Shown here: piece after piece, positions 46,564-54,887 of the stretch | How the letters are laid out: each line of letters opens with the position of its first letter | Position numbering within the stretch: the first letter of the stretch is position 1 | From: an uncultured Verrucomicrobiae bacterium | GTDB taxonomy: Bacteria > Verrucomicrobiota > Verrucomicrobiia > Limisphaerales > UBA8199 | Direction: 5' to 3' | Length of the DNA stretch: 64,000 nt | NCBI GenBank assembly: GCA_963762555.1 | Contig: CAVXLO010000049.1 | Coordinates: forward strand, 35,090 to 99,089 | Notes under the pieces: model-generated | What the model was told of the DNA's origin: nothing | Databases searched by the model: none | The model's input: the letters and a program-made list of their open reading frames with translations, nothing else | Position numbers and translations under genes: made by a program

Positions 46564-47265
46564 TCAGGGAAGAAAGTCCAAAGCCCTCAAGGCGCGCCGC
46601 CAAGTCTGCAGGACGGCGGTGCGGTTGCGTTCGGCCACGCCATGCGTGCTCTGAATCGCTTCCGCCAAAGCCCGAACGGACGGGAATTCGCCGTGCTCGC
46701 GGTAAAACTCCAGCATCTGAGCGGCTACCCGCCCCTGTCTTTCGTCCATGCCACTCGTTTGCGCCCATAGGACCTTCCACAGGAACTGCCGATCTTCCTC
46801 CGCTCCCCGCAGAGGCTCGGCGCACAGTCCCTCCATTAGATAAGGGCCATCTGCCGGGCTTGGTGTACCAGCTTTTCTGCAATTATTTCGCCGGCAGTGT
46901 CGCGCCGCGTTGTCCAGGCAGCTCTGAATCCAGCAACCGAACGTTTGAGGCTGGCGCAAATGCGGGAGCTGGGCGAGCATGCGCAGGCAGGTTTCCTCAC
47001 AAAGGTCCTCAGCCAGGTAGCAATGCCCGCATTGGCGGCGGGCATGACCCGCGAGCAGCCGGAAAGCACGACAATAAAGAGCATCCCGGGCTTGGAGCTT
47101 TCCCGCTTGCGCGAGTTCAACTAACGCGGCATCGGATAATTCCTCTCGGATGCCAGGCGCATCCGGGCGAGCGAGTGGCTCGGCGCTGGCACTGCCATCG
47201 CCCTCGGCACGGGCACTGGTTGAACTCCACACGTTCATACGCTTCCTCCATGCGGCAGCAAGCAT
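46564..47265 (-). CDS. ECF-type sigma-70 family RNA polymerase sigma factor
   Basis: Region 2-like: DAALVELAQAGKLQARDALYCRAFRLL...AEDLCEETCLRMLAQLPHLRQPQTFGCWIQSCLDNAARHCRR. Region 4-like: ..QMLEFYREHGEFPSVRALAEAIQSTHGVAERNRTAVLQTWRRALR. Confidence 0.75.
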   Translation of the reverse strand: MLAAAWRKRMNVWSSTSARAEGDGSASAEPLARPDAPGIREELSDAALVELAQAGKLQARDALYCRAFRLLAGHARRQCGHCYLAEDLCEETCLRMLAQLPHLRQPQTFGCWIQSCLDNAARHCRRNNCRKAGTPSPADGPYLMEGLCAEPLRGAEEDRQFLWKVLWAQTSGMDERQGRVAAQMLEFYREHGEFPSVRALAEAIQSTHGVAERNRTAVLQTWRRALRALDFLP

Positions 47266-47319
47266 CGCTCCGCAAGGCCAAAAAGTCCATATATTCTGCC
47301 AAGGACGGGCGGCTGCGCT

Positions 47320-49758
47320 TTATGGATATACCTGCACCCGATAATACATCTGCTCCAACGGCGTCACGCTGAACGAAGGTGGCGCCGCGCCGGCCACCGG
47401 CGTCCAGGTGCCACTGGGATCCGTCGCCTGCAACAGCGTGCCGTGCGGCCAACTCAACATTATGTCCCCGCCTGAGCGTTGGCAACTCAGCGTCATGGGA
47501 GGCCCGGCCAGCGCCAGTGAATAGAGTGCCTCCACTTGCGCGGGCGAGAGTGTGTAATTGAATATAGCCACCTCATCAATCTCGCCGTTAAAGACCCGGC
47601 TTGGGCCGCTGAGGGTGTCGCTGCCGATGGCCGTTGGCCCGTCCCACAGCTCGACATCATGGGCGATGGCATTGGTGGAGGAATTCAGGATACCATTGGT
47701 TCCCAGGTAGAAAGTGGCCTGCGTGGGCGCGACGGTCAGCGCCACGAACGACCACTGGCCGGGCGGCACCAGCAGCCGGCTGGGCCAATTGTAGGTGTTC
47801 GCATTGTTCTGGTTCCACGTGTAGCCGATCTCGTTCGGCGGTATTCGCGTGCCCCCCATGTAGCCTAACCCCACCGCGTAAGTGCTCCCGCGCGAGAACA
47901 CCACACCCGCGCTGTTGGTCACCGGCCCGAACGGATAAAGCCAGGCCACGATACTCACCGTGTTGGTGTTCAGGTTCAGCGCCGGCGCGGTCACGTAGCC
48001 GGTTCCACCCGACGGCGCCGTAGTCTTCAGCGCCACACCGGCATTGTTGGTTTCAAAGCCCCGGAACGGCGGGCTCGGCACCCCCGCCACGCCGTTGGTG
48101 GTGCCGGCGCCGTACGTCGCGTTCAGCCGGTTGTAGTCTTCGTAGGCGAGGGCGCTGCCGTTCGTTTCGTTGAAGCGCCAATAATAGACCGGCGCATATT
48201 CCCTCACCTGGGCCTCATACTGCGTGACCCCGTACGGCGTCACCGAGATGTTGATATTGGCCGAGGTAGTTTTGCTCTCGGCGGTATCGTAGGCCTCGGC
48301 GTAGAGCGTGTGGTTGCCGGCCGATACACCACGCAGCGTGCAGTCGAACGGCGCCGTCCCGGTCGAGGCTGCCAGCACGCCGTCCAGGAACACATTCACC
48401 AGCACAATGCCATCGTAGGCATCCGCATCGGTGGCATTCACGCTCACCGCCACGTCGGCCGGTCCCGCAAACGGCTGGCCGTCCGCCGGCGAGGTGATCT
48501 CGCACAGATTCGGAGCGTGATTCACGTGCGCCGTCCCGAGCTGCACCCAGCGCGGCACCGGGACATACAGGCTGTTGTTGTTGAGCACGTTGGTCAGGGT
48601 GGCCGAACTGATATCGGTCGAATTGCCGCAATAGGTCAGCAGCGCCTGGCCGGTGACCGGTGAGTAGAACTCCAGGTGCTCCTTGGCCGCATAATAGAAC
48701 ACCGGCCAAGCCATGTAGCCGGGCTCGGTGGGTAGGTTCACCAGCGTGGTGGCGCCGGTCTTGCCCGGCCAGCCGCTCAATTGCGAACTCGACATCCGGG
48801 CCCAGATCTTCGAGGACGGAAACCCGTCGTCGCATTGCACATCCACGCATTTCCCCAGGTCGGGATGGTAGCGGATGGAGAAATCCGGCGAGCCACTGGT
48901 CATAATGATCTGGGCATCAGAAAGGTCGGAGCCGGTGGCGTTGGCCCAAACGCCGCCAGTGGTGTAATACTGCAGGTTCGCCCCCGGGTTCTCCAGCGCG
49001 GCAAGCGCGATGCGGAACAGCAGGAAGCTGCGGTAATGCCAGCCGCTCACCACTGTGTCCTTATTGCCCCACAGGTAGGCATAGCCGGCGTTGGTATCTA
49101 CATAGGTCGAAACCCCCGGCGTATAAATGGTGCTGTCGAGCACGTCCAGCTTCAGCGTCAATGGCCAGTTCAGCGGATTGGGTTCGGTGTCCACGTTATC
49201 AAACACCGCCATATCAGTGGCGAACTGCTGGAAGCCGCTCAATGCCCCGCCCGGGTCAGTCGTATGCCGGTTCCGGTCCAGGAACACGTATATCTTGCCG
49301 TTGTATTTGAACCCGTCCTGCACCCAATACCACCAACTCCCGTTTGCGTCGGAGCCCGGGCTGGGAAAGATAGACGTCATCGCCCCCTGGTCGCGACCCC
49401 GGATGTAGTAATCAATATTAGTCGTGTGCCCGTTCCAAGTGGTAATCGCCAACGAATTATTCACCATCCCCGCGCCATGACGATTCGTGCCCATGTCCTG
49501 CCGCACATAGGTGTCGCTGAACAGCCACAGGATTCGGTGCCGCCCGTCCAGCGGGATGGATGCCGCTGTATCTGCCCCCAACCAGCCCGCTTTCAGTGGA
49601 AATTGCGGGGTGAAAGCACTGGCCTCCCCAATTCCCAGTAGGCTGAGCGCGCAGACTGTCCGCAAAAGCGGCCAAAACCACCCGTCCCCCCCGTTCCGTG
49701 CTTTGGATGAACATCTGCGCACTATCTTGACCGTAGCCACCCTCTCATCGCCTTGCAA
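47320..49758 (-). CDS. Secreted DUF4185-like (putative glycosidase propeller) + Ig-like + LamG/ConA-like lectin protein with an FYRV-type tail
   Basis: Signal ..WFWPLLRTVCALSLLGIGEASA. ..ILWLFSDTYV...NNSLAI... LamG-like ..VFNGEIDEVAIFNYTLSPAQVEALY. It ends ..QMYYRVQVYP. Confidence 0.85.
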   Translation of the reverse strand: MQGDERVATVKIVRRCSSKARNGGDGWFWPLLRTVCALSLLGIGEASAFTPQFPLKAGWLGADTAASIPLDGRHRILWLFSDTYVRQDMGTNRHGAGMVNNSLAITTWNGHTTNIDYYIRGRDQGAMTSIFPSPGSDANGSWWYWVQDGFKYNGKIYVFLDRNRHTTDPGGALSGFQQFATDMAVFDNVDTEPNPLNWPLTLKLDVLDSTIYTPGVSTYVDTNAGYAYLWGNKDTVVSGWHYRSFLLFRIALAALENPGANLQYYTTGGVWANATGSDLSDAQIIMTSGSPDFSIRYHPDLGKCVDVQCDDGFPSSKIWARMSSSQLSGWPGKTGATTLVNLPTEPGYMAWPVFYYAAKEHLEFYSPVTGQALLTYCGNSTDISSATLTNVLNNNSLYVPVPRWVQLGTAHVNHAPNLCEITSPADGQPFAGPADVAVSVNATDADAYDGIVLVNVFLDGVLAASTGTAPFDCTLRGVSAGNHTLYAEAYDTAESKTTSANINISVTPYGVTQYEAQVREYAPVYYWRFNETNGSALAYEDYNRLNATYGAGTTNGVAGVPSPPFRGFETNNAGVALKTTAPSGGTGYVTAPALNLNTNTVSIVAWLYPFGPVTNSAGVVFSRGSTYAVGLGYMGGTRIPPNEIGYTWNQNNANTYNWPSRLLVPPGQWSFVALTVAPTQATFYLGTNGILNSSTNAIAHDVELWDGPTAIGSDTLSGPSRVFNGEIDEVAIFNYTLSPAQVEALYSLALAGPPMTLSCQRSGGDIMLSWPHGTLLQATDPSGTWTPVAGAAPPSFSVTPLEQMYYRVQVYP

Positions 49759-49944
49759 GCCGACGTTTGGTTATTCCCGCTTTGCAACCTGCGGTGGCGA
49801 CGCCTTTTCCGTATCGGCAGCCCTGTCGCGGGTCGGTGAGTCGTCCTATGGTCCTTCGATGGCGCTTGCAGCGTTCAAGCCACGTCGTGGGGCTTCGGCT
49901 GGCGCAGGCAAAGCCGTTCAGTCTCCGACCGTATCGTCCCAATA

Positions 49945-50089
49945 GATACCCGCAGACCTATCCCAAGCAGGGGGAGAGCAGGGGGAGAGCAAGGGGAGAG
50001 CAGGGGGAGAACTCTCCCCCTGCTCTCCCCCTGCTCTCCCCCTGCTCTCCCCCTGCTTGGGATAGGCTCGTGCTTCGCTTGCGGGTATC
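49945..50089. repeat. Large palindrome whose arms are themselves tandem repeats: (CAGGGGGAGAG)x4 facing (CTCTCCCCCTG)x4, with extended imperfect outer arms
   Basis: gatacccgcagacctatcccaagCAGGGGGAGAGCAGGGGGAGAGCAAGGGGAGAGCAGGGGGAGA-ac-TCTCCCCCTGCTCTCCCCCTGCTCTCCCCCTGCTCTCCCCCTGcttgggatagg..gcgggtatc. Confidence 0.9.
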
Positions 50090-50271
50090 CATTCTGAGGA
50101 CATAGCCAGGTGAGGACGCGGTGATTCCGGTGCGGAGGTGCGAGCACCGTGGGGATAGAAGATTGCGAGTCTGGCTCTGGAAGCGGCTCCCAGGGAGTGT
50201 TTTGCCCTAGGTCTCAGTGCCGCTTGGTTCGACATTGACAAGGATCACGCCATTTGTCTATACATTAAGCC

Positions 50272-51006
50272 ATGCTAAAGTTGGATCACGAAAGCTCCAT
50301 CCCGCTCCGGGCGCAGGTCGAGCAGCTCCTGCGTGACCTCGTCCGCCAGCCCAAATACGAGCAAGGGGCGCTGTTGCCGGATGAGGTCAAGCTGGCGACC
50401 CAACTGGGCATCAGCCGCGGCACGGTTCGTTCGGGCATCAGCAAGCTGGTTTTTGAGGGTGTCCTCGAACGCAAGGCGGGCGTCGGCACCCGCGTTTCGC
50501 CACGGCATGTCGAATCCGGCATCCGCGCGTGGCGCAGTTTCACCCGCGAAATGGCCGCCAAAGGGATCAAGGTGCAGAACTTCCAGCTCGAATACCGGCT
50601 CGTCACGCCGACCGCCGAGGCGGCCCGGGGGCTTCAATTGAATTCCGCCGCCCAGGTCTGGCGCCTTAACCGCGTGCGCGGCTGGAATGGCAAGCCCGTC
50701 CTGCAAAGCACCTCCTGGTTCCATCCTCGGCTTGGCCTCAAGGGCGACGAAGACTTCACCGCGCCTCTCTATGAGACGCTGGAAAAGGCCACCGGCGTGC
50801 GTCCCCACCATGCCCGCGAGGAGTTCCTGGGAATAGCGGCCGACGCCAACACTGCGCGCCTGCTTCACGTCACCGAAGGCACCCCTTTATTGCTGCGCCG
50901 CCACACCGTCTTTGACCCGGGCAACCGCGCCTTCGAATTTGCCGATGTCTGTTATGTCAGCGCCCGGTTTGCGCTCACGATGGACATGCGCCGGGGCGAG
51001 GAGTGA
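50272..51006 (+). CDS. GntR-family transcriptional regulator (HutC subfamily, UTRA effector domain)
   Basis: LPDEVKLATQLGISRGTVRSGISKLVFEGVLERKAGVGTRVS wHTH plus a UTRA-like C-terminal domain. 244 aa. Confidence 0.85.
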   Translation: MLKLDHESSIPLRAQVEQLLRDLVRQPKYEQGALLPDEVKLATQLGISRGTVRSGISKLVFEGVLERKAGVGTRVSPRHVESGIRAWRSFTREMAAKGIKVQNFQLEYRLVTPTAEAARGLQLNSAAQVWRLNRVRGWNGKPVLQSTSWFHPRLGLKGDEDFTAPLYETLEKATGVRPHHAREEFLGIAADANTARLLHVTEGTPLLLRRHTVFDPGNRAFEFADVCYVSARFALTMDMRRGEE

Positions 51007-51015
51007 GGGGGAGCT

Positions 51016-51078
51016 GAAGTCCGAAGTCCGAAGTCCGAAGGTCGAAGTCCGAAGTCCGAAGGTCGAAGTCCGAAGGCC
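51016..51078. repeat. Heptanucleotide microsatellite, 9 units of GAAGTCC (variants GAAGGTC and GAAGGCC)
   Basis: gaagtcc gaagtcc gaagtcc gaaggtc gaagtcc gaagtcc gaaggtc gaagtcc gaaggcc. It lies between the convergent GntR and ROK genes. Confidence 0.95.
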
Positions 51079-51087
51079 CAAGCACGC

Positions 51088-52023
51088 TTACATCTTGGGC
51101 AGCAGAGGCTCGACCTGTTTCCAGAACTGATCCTCGAATAGGCGCGCGCTGCCGATGAGGGCCGCATCCTCCTTGAGCGCTGAGACCTCGATTGCCACCG
51201 CGACCTGTTGCTGCCTGAAGGATTCCTCCAGCGCGGCGCCAAAGAGATCGTAGGCGCCTGCCACATTGCCTCCAATTACCAGCAGCTCGGCGCCGAACCT
51301 CCGAACCAGCGGCGCCAGGAAAAGGCCGAAGTTCGTGCCGAACTCAAGAAAGATTGCTCGGGCCGCCGGATCGGTCGCCGCCCGGTCCGCGATTTGTTTG
51401 GCGCCCGCCACCGTGTTGCCTGACTTCTCGGCATACCGTTTGATAAACCAGCGGGTGGAAAAGGATGCGTCCGCCACGTCGTCGTTAAACGACAGGCTCC
51501 AGAGGTATCCTTGAGGCGGCACATCCTCCCGATCCACCACCGGAATCCCCTGATCCACGAAGGCCGAGCCCAGCCCCGTGCCCACCGTGACCGAGATCGA
51601 GCGCCGAACCGCCGCGGCCTTCCCCAGCCAGGCTTCCCCGACCCCAAACGCAATCGCATCATTCAGGAACCGCAGCTCCAAAGCCGGCTCCAGACCTAGC
51701 AGGCCCCGCAGCCGCTCCGAGACAGTGACACCATACAGGCTCTGATACTTGGCCACGCCGCTCGTAAACAGGGCTATGCCGCGGGCGTAGTCGAACGGCC
51801 CCGGCATGGCGAAGCCAATTCCCGCCAACTGGCTGTGGTCTATCGCGGCAGTGGCTTTGCCCAAGGCCGTCGCCCACTCGCCCAGTATCTCTTCCGCCGC
51901 ACCCGCAGGGTTAACCCTCTGCGTCGCAAGGCTCTCCTTCAACACCGCTCGCCTCTCCAGATCAATGACCGCGCAACTGATGTGACTGCCCCCAATGTCG
52001 GTGCCTATCGCGAATCGTTTCAT
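51088..52023 (-). CDS. ROK-family sugar kinase
   Basis: MKRFAIGTDIGGSHISCAV (ATP-binding DxGGT/S-like motif) ...GIGFAMPGPFDY...NDAIAFGVGE...TVGTGLGSAF. Confidence 0.8.
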   Translation of the reverse strand: MKRFAIGTDIGGSHISCAVIDLERRAVLKESLATQRVNPAGAAEEILGEWATALGKATAAIDHSQLAGIGFAMPGPFDYARGIALFTSGVAKYQSLYGVTVSERLRGLLGLEPALELRFLNDAIAFGVGEAWLGKAAAVRRSISVTVGTGLGSAFVDQGIPVVDREDVPPQGYLWSLSFNDDVADASFSTRWFIKRYAEKSGNTVAGAKQIADRAATDPAARAIFLEFGTNFGLFLAPLVRRFGAELLVIGGNVAGAYDLFGAALEESFRQQQVAVAIEVSALKEDAALIGSARLFEDQFWKQVEPLLPKM

Positions 52024-52052
52024 GCCTTTGAGCCGCGCCGATCTTCCCAGGG

Positions 52053-53747
52053 TCAAGGGTCGTCCTTTGCTTCGCCCGCCGGCCAGTGCGCATTCGGGTC
52101 GTAGTTGGGATTCGGAGTCGGCATGTCCGCCTTCACATCCTTCCTCCAGGCATGGAGCATGGTTCTCAGCTCTTCGGCTTTCGCGGGTTCCGACTGTGCC
52201 AGGTCGTGCTGTTCCCCGGGATCAGTCTTGAGGTTGAACAACTGCACCGTGTCGTTCTCGTAATACTCGATCAGCTTGTAATCCTGATACCGGATGGCGC
52301 CGCCCGGACTCTGGGCGCCGTGGTTGCTGTAATGCGGCCAATGCCAGTAGATGGCTCGCTTGGCGATCCTGTCCGCTCCTGCCGGGTCGCCCTTCAGCAG
52401 CGGCACCAGGCTCACTCCGTCCACGCCGTCTGCGGCAGGCTTTCCGGGATGGGCCCCGACCATATCGAGAATGGTCGCGTAGAAGTCGGTGCCGATCACC
52501 GGCACATCGGAGACCGTGCCCGGGTTTATTCCGTGCGGGCTGTAAATGATCAGCGGCTCGCGGATCCCCCCCTCGTATAGCCAGCCCTTGCCGCCTCGCA
52601 ACGGCAGGTTGGAAGTCGAGTACGCCTTGTTCAAGGCGCACTTGCCGATGATCTTCTTGGGGTTGCCGAAGTTAGCCGCGGACATCCCCCCGTTGTCCGA
52701 GAAGAAGATCACAATGGTGTTATCGTCCAGCTTTAACTCCTTCAGCTTGGCGAGCACGTTCCCAAGGCTCTCGTCCATGCTCTCCACCATGGCGGCGAAC
52801 TCGGGATTATCCTGATGCTGCTTGATCTTGACCGTCCGGTCGGGCAGCAGGCTGAACCCCCGGTAACGCTTGTCGTCCAGCAATTCGTTGAGCGCCTCGC
52901 GCGACAGCGGATTGGGCTGATCCGGATTGCCTTCCAGAATAAAGGGCGGCCCTTTGGCGCGAGGCAAATGGAACACCTCCCGCTCGTATTTGACTACCAG
53001 GTCCCCCCGGCCCTGGATCGGGTCGTGAACCGCGAAGTGCGCGAGATAGAGAAAGAAGGGATGATCCTTGTTCTTCTCGACCCACTTCAATGCCTCCTTG
53101 GTCAACCGGTCGGTCAGGTACTCTCCCTTCGGGCCGCCTTCCAACCCTTTCATCCCGTAGGGCGAAAAGTAGGTCCCGTTCGGCCAGCCCTTATTCCAGT
53201 CCGGCACATGCAGATCAAATCCCTGTCGCTGCGTTGAATCAGGGTCCTCGCCCAAGTGCCATTTGCCGAATATCGCCGTGTGGTAGCCGTTTTCCTTGAG
53301 CACCTCCGGCAAGGTGGGTTGATCGTAGGGCAGGTGTTGCACCGTCTTGGCGTTCTCCAGCTTCTGAAACGGATGCTCCTTCCGCCCGGGCAGCCAGTCT
53401 GTCAAATGCAGCCGGGCCGGGTACTCTCCAGTCAGGATGCTCGCGCGGCTCGGCGAACAAACCGGACACGCCGAGTAGGCCTGGGTGAAGCGCACACCCT
53501 GCTTCGCAAAGCGATCAATGTTCGGCGTGGCATAGAGAGAACTGCCCTCGTAGCCAACATCCGCCCACCCCAGATCGTCCACCAGGAACAGAATGACATT
53601 CGGCTTCCTGCCCTGCTGGCCGCCAACTCCTCGGGAAGTTGGTTCGCCGGCTGTTGCAACGGTTGTCTGTCCAAACCCCCAAGCGCCCAGGCCCAGGCCC
53701 AGCGCCAGAGAATATGCGCTCGTGTTCTTCATAATCATTCGGATCAA
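52053..53747 (-). CDS. Secreted sulfatase (arylsulfatase-A family, formylglycine type)
   Basis: PNVILFLVDDLGWADVG...AYSACPVCSPSRASILTG (C-x-P-x-R) ...GKWHLG. A signal peptide is present. 564 aa. Confidence 0.9.
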   Translation of the reverse strand: MIRMIMKNTSAYSLALGLGLGAWGFGQTTVATAGEPTSRGVGGQQGRKPNVILFLVDDLGWADVGYEGSSLYATPNIDRFAKQGVRFTQAYSACPVCSPSRASILTGEYPARLHLTDWLPGRKEHPFQKLENAKTVQHLPYDQPTLPEVLKENGYHTAIFGKWHLGEDPDSTQRQGFDLHVPDWNKGWPNGTYFSPYGMKGLEGGPKGEYLTDRLTKEALKWVEKNKDHPFFLYLAHFAVHDPIQGRGDLVVKYEREVFHLPRAKGPPFILEGNPDQPNPLSREALNELLDDKRYRGFSLLPDRTVKIKQHQDNPEFAAMVESMDESLGNVLAKLKELKLDDNTIVIFFSDNGGMSAANFGNPKKIIGKCALNKAYSTSNLPLRGGKGWLYEGGIREPLIIYSPHGINPGTVSDVPVIGTDFYATILDMVGAHPGKPAADGVDGVSLVPLLKGDPAGADRIAKRAIYWHWPHYSNHGAQSPGGAIRYQDYKLIEYYENDTVQLFNLKTDPGEQHDLAQSEPAKAEELRTMLHAWRKDVKADMPTPNPNYDPNAHWPAGEAKDDP

Positions 53748-53786
53748 CTATACGGGAAAAGCAGACTGACCTCCACATGCTAATCT

Positions 53787-53952
53787 GGTGTCTCAGAATT
53801 GCGCTGACATAGGCCAAAGCGCCAGAGGACTGGCGCAGTCCAAGACGCTAGCGCGGGCTCCCCGGCGCCGGCCACCGCGAAGCGTCTTGGATTGCGCCAG
53901 TCCTCTGGCGCTTTGGCCCCTCCTGCTAAGGTATCTGCAATTCTCAGACACC
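53787..53952. repeat. Composite palindrome: 16-bp outer arms (GGTGTCTCAGAATTGC/GCAATTCTCAGACACC) around 38-bp inner arms (GGCCAAAGCGCCAGAGGACTGGCGCAGTCCAAGACGCT and its complement, 1 mismatch)
   Basis: Outer arms at 53787-53802 / 53937-53952; inner arms at 53812-53849 / 53881-53918. Confidence 0.9.
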
Positions 53953-54224
53953 ACACTAATGACCGTCCCCCTGCGTCGCGGCGTTGGCTGGTTGCCACGC
54001 GACACGCGAACCGGGTCGCACTGATCACAATCGAATTCGCCGCTATTGCCATTAGGCTCAATCGTTTGTGCAACACTATCATCTGCATCCGCCGCCAGCA
54101 ACGTCTTATTTGCCCAATCGGCACAGGTGTAGCACTCCAAAGGCGGGACAGGTTTATAATGGCCTTGTCGGTAGTTCGGGGCAAAACTCCATTATAAGAA
54201 ACCGCCCTGCGCTGGAGACCCGTT

Positions 54225-54569
54225 ATGAGCACACTCTACAAAGATCATCTGGTTGAGGTCACTGACGAGGAAGTCGTTTTTCATCGCTACTACTTTCCTT
54301 TCGGCGGCGACAAGCACGTGCCTTTGAGCCGGATTGAGAGCGTCCAGGTCAGGCCGCGATCCATCTGGAGTGGGAGCTGGCGGATATGGGGTTCGGGCGA
54401 TTTGCGGACATGGTTTCCCTTCGACGGCGCCAGGCCGAGTCGTGACCGCGTGTTCATCGCGTTTTTGCGCGGCTGTTGGCGCCGTATAGGGTTCACGGTC
54501 GAGGACTCTGAACAGGTCATCGAGATCTTGCAACAGCAGGGCCTATTGCGGGCGACGAGTTCGTCCTGA
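54225..54569 (+). CDS. Small hypothetical protein (possibly bacterial PH-like)
   Basis: 114-aa ORF with an ATG start and coding-like composition. It is flanked on both sides by composite palindromes. Confidence 0.5.
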   Translation: MSTLYKDHLVEVTDEEVVFHRYYFPFGGDKHVPLSRIESVQVRPRSIWSGSWRIWGSGDLRTWFPFDGARPSRDRVFIAFLRGCWRRIGFTVEDSEQVIEILQQQGLLRATSSS

Positions 54570-54641
54570 CTGGACCGCGAGTCCCGCTGCCCCCCATACC
54601 GTAGCATTCATTTCCGGCGATCTTTGAACCAAACGCCTCAC

Positions 54642-54786
54642 AGCAATTCTCATTATGGCGCCTAACGCGCGTTCCTGGGAGCGCCGGCATCCCTGCCGGC
54701 AGCTTGGCACCGCGGGAGAATCGCCGGCAGGGATGCCAGCGCTCCCAGGAAATCATCCCTGCTATCGCCATAGTGAGAATTGCTGG
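54642..54786. repeat. Composite palindrome: 20-bp outer arms (CAGCAATTCTCATTATGGCG / CGCCATAGTGAGAATTGCTG) around 27-bp inner arms (CCTGGGAGCGCCGGCATCCCTGCCGGC and its complement)
   Basis: Outer arms at 54642-54661 / 54767-54786; inner arms at 54675-54701 / 54724-54750, with one mismatch each. The outer arms share AGAATTGC with the 53787-53952 element. Confidence 0.9.
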
Positions 54787-54887
54787 ACGCCTCAAAGGAT
54801 TTCTGGCCCACACGTGTCTTATGGTATAAAACCTAGTGACATTGGTCGGGGCGGAAGGCGGGCAGCCTCTGCCCCGGCCCAGTCGTG

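Noticed and set aside
53793-54140. Minus-strand ORF starting MECYTCADWANK...FDCDQCDP (CxxC...CxxC, zinc-ribbon-like)
   Set aside because: The first ~50 residues could be a real mini-protein, but the ORF then runs into the composite palindrome. There is no clear RBS and nothing to anchor it, so it is left uncalled.
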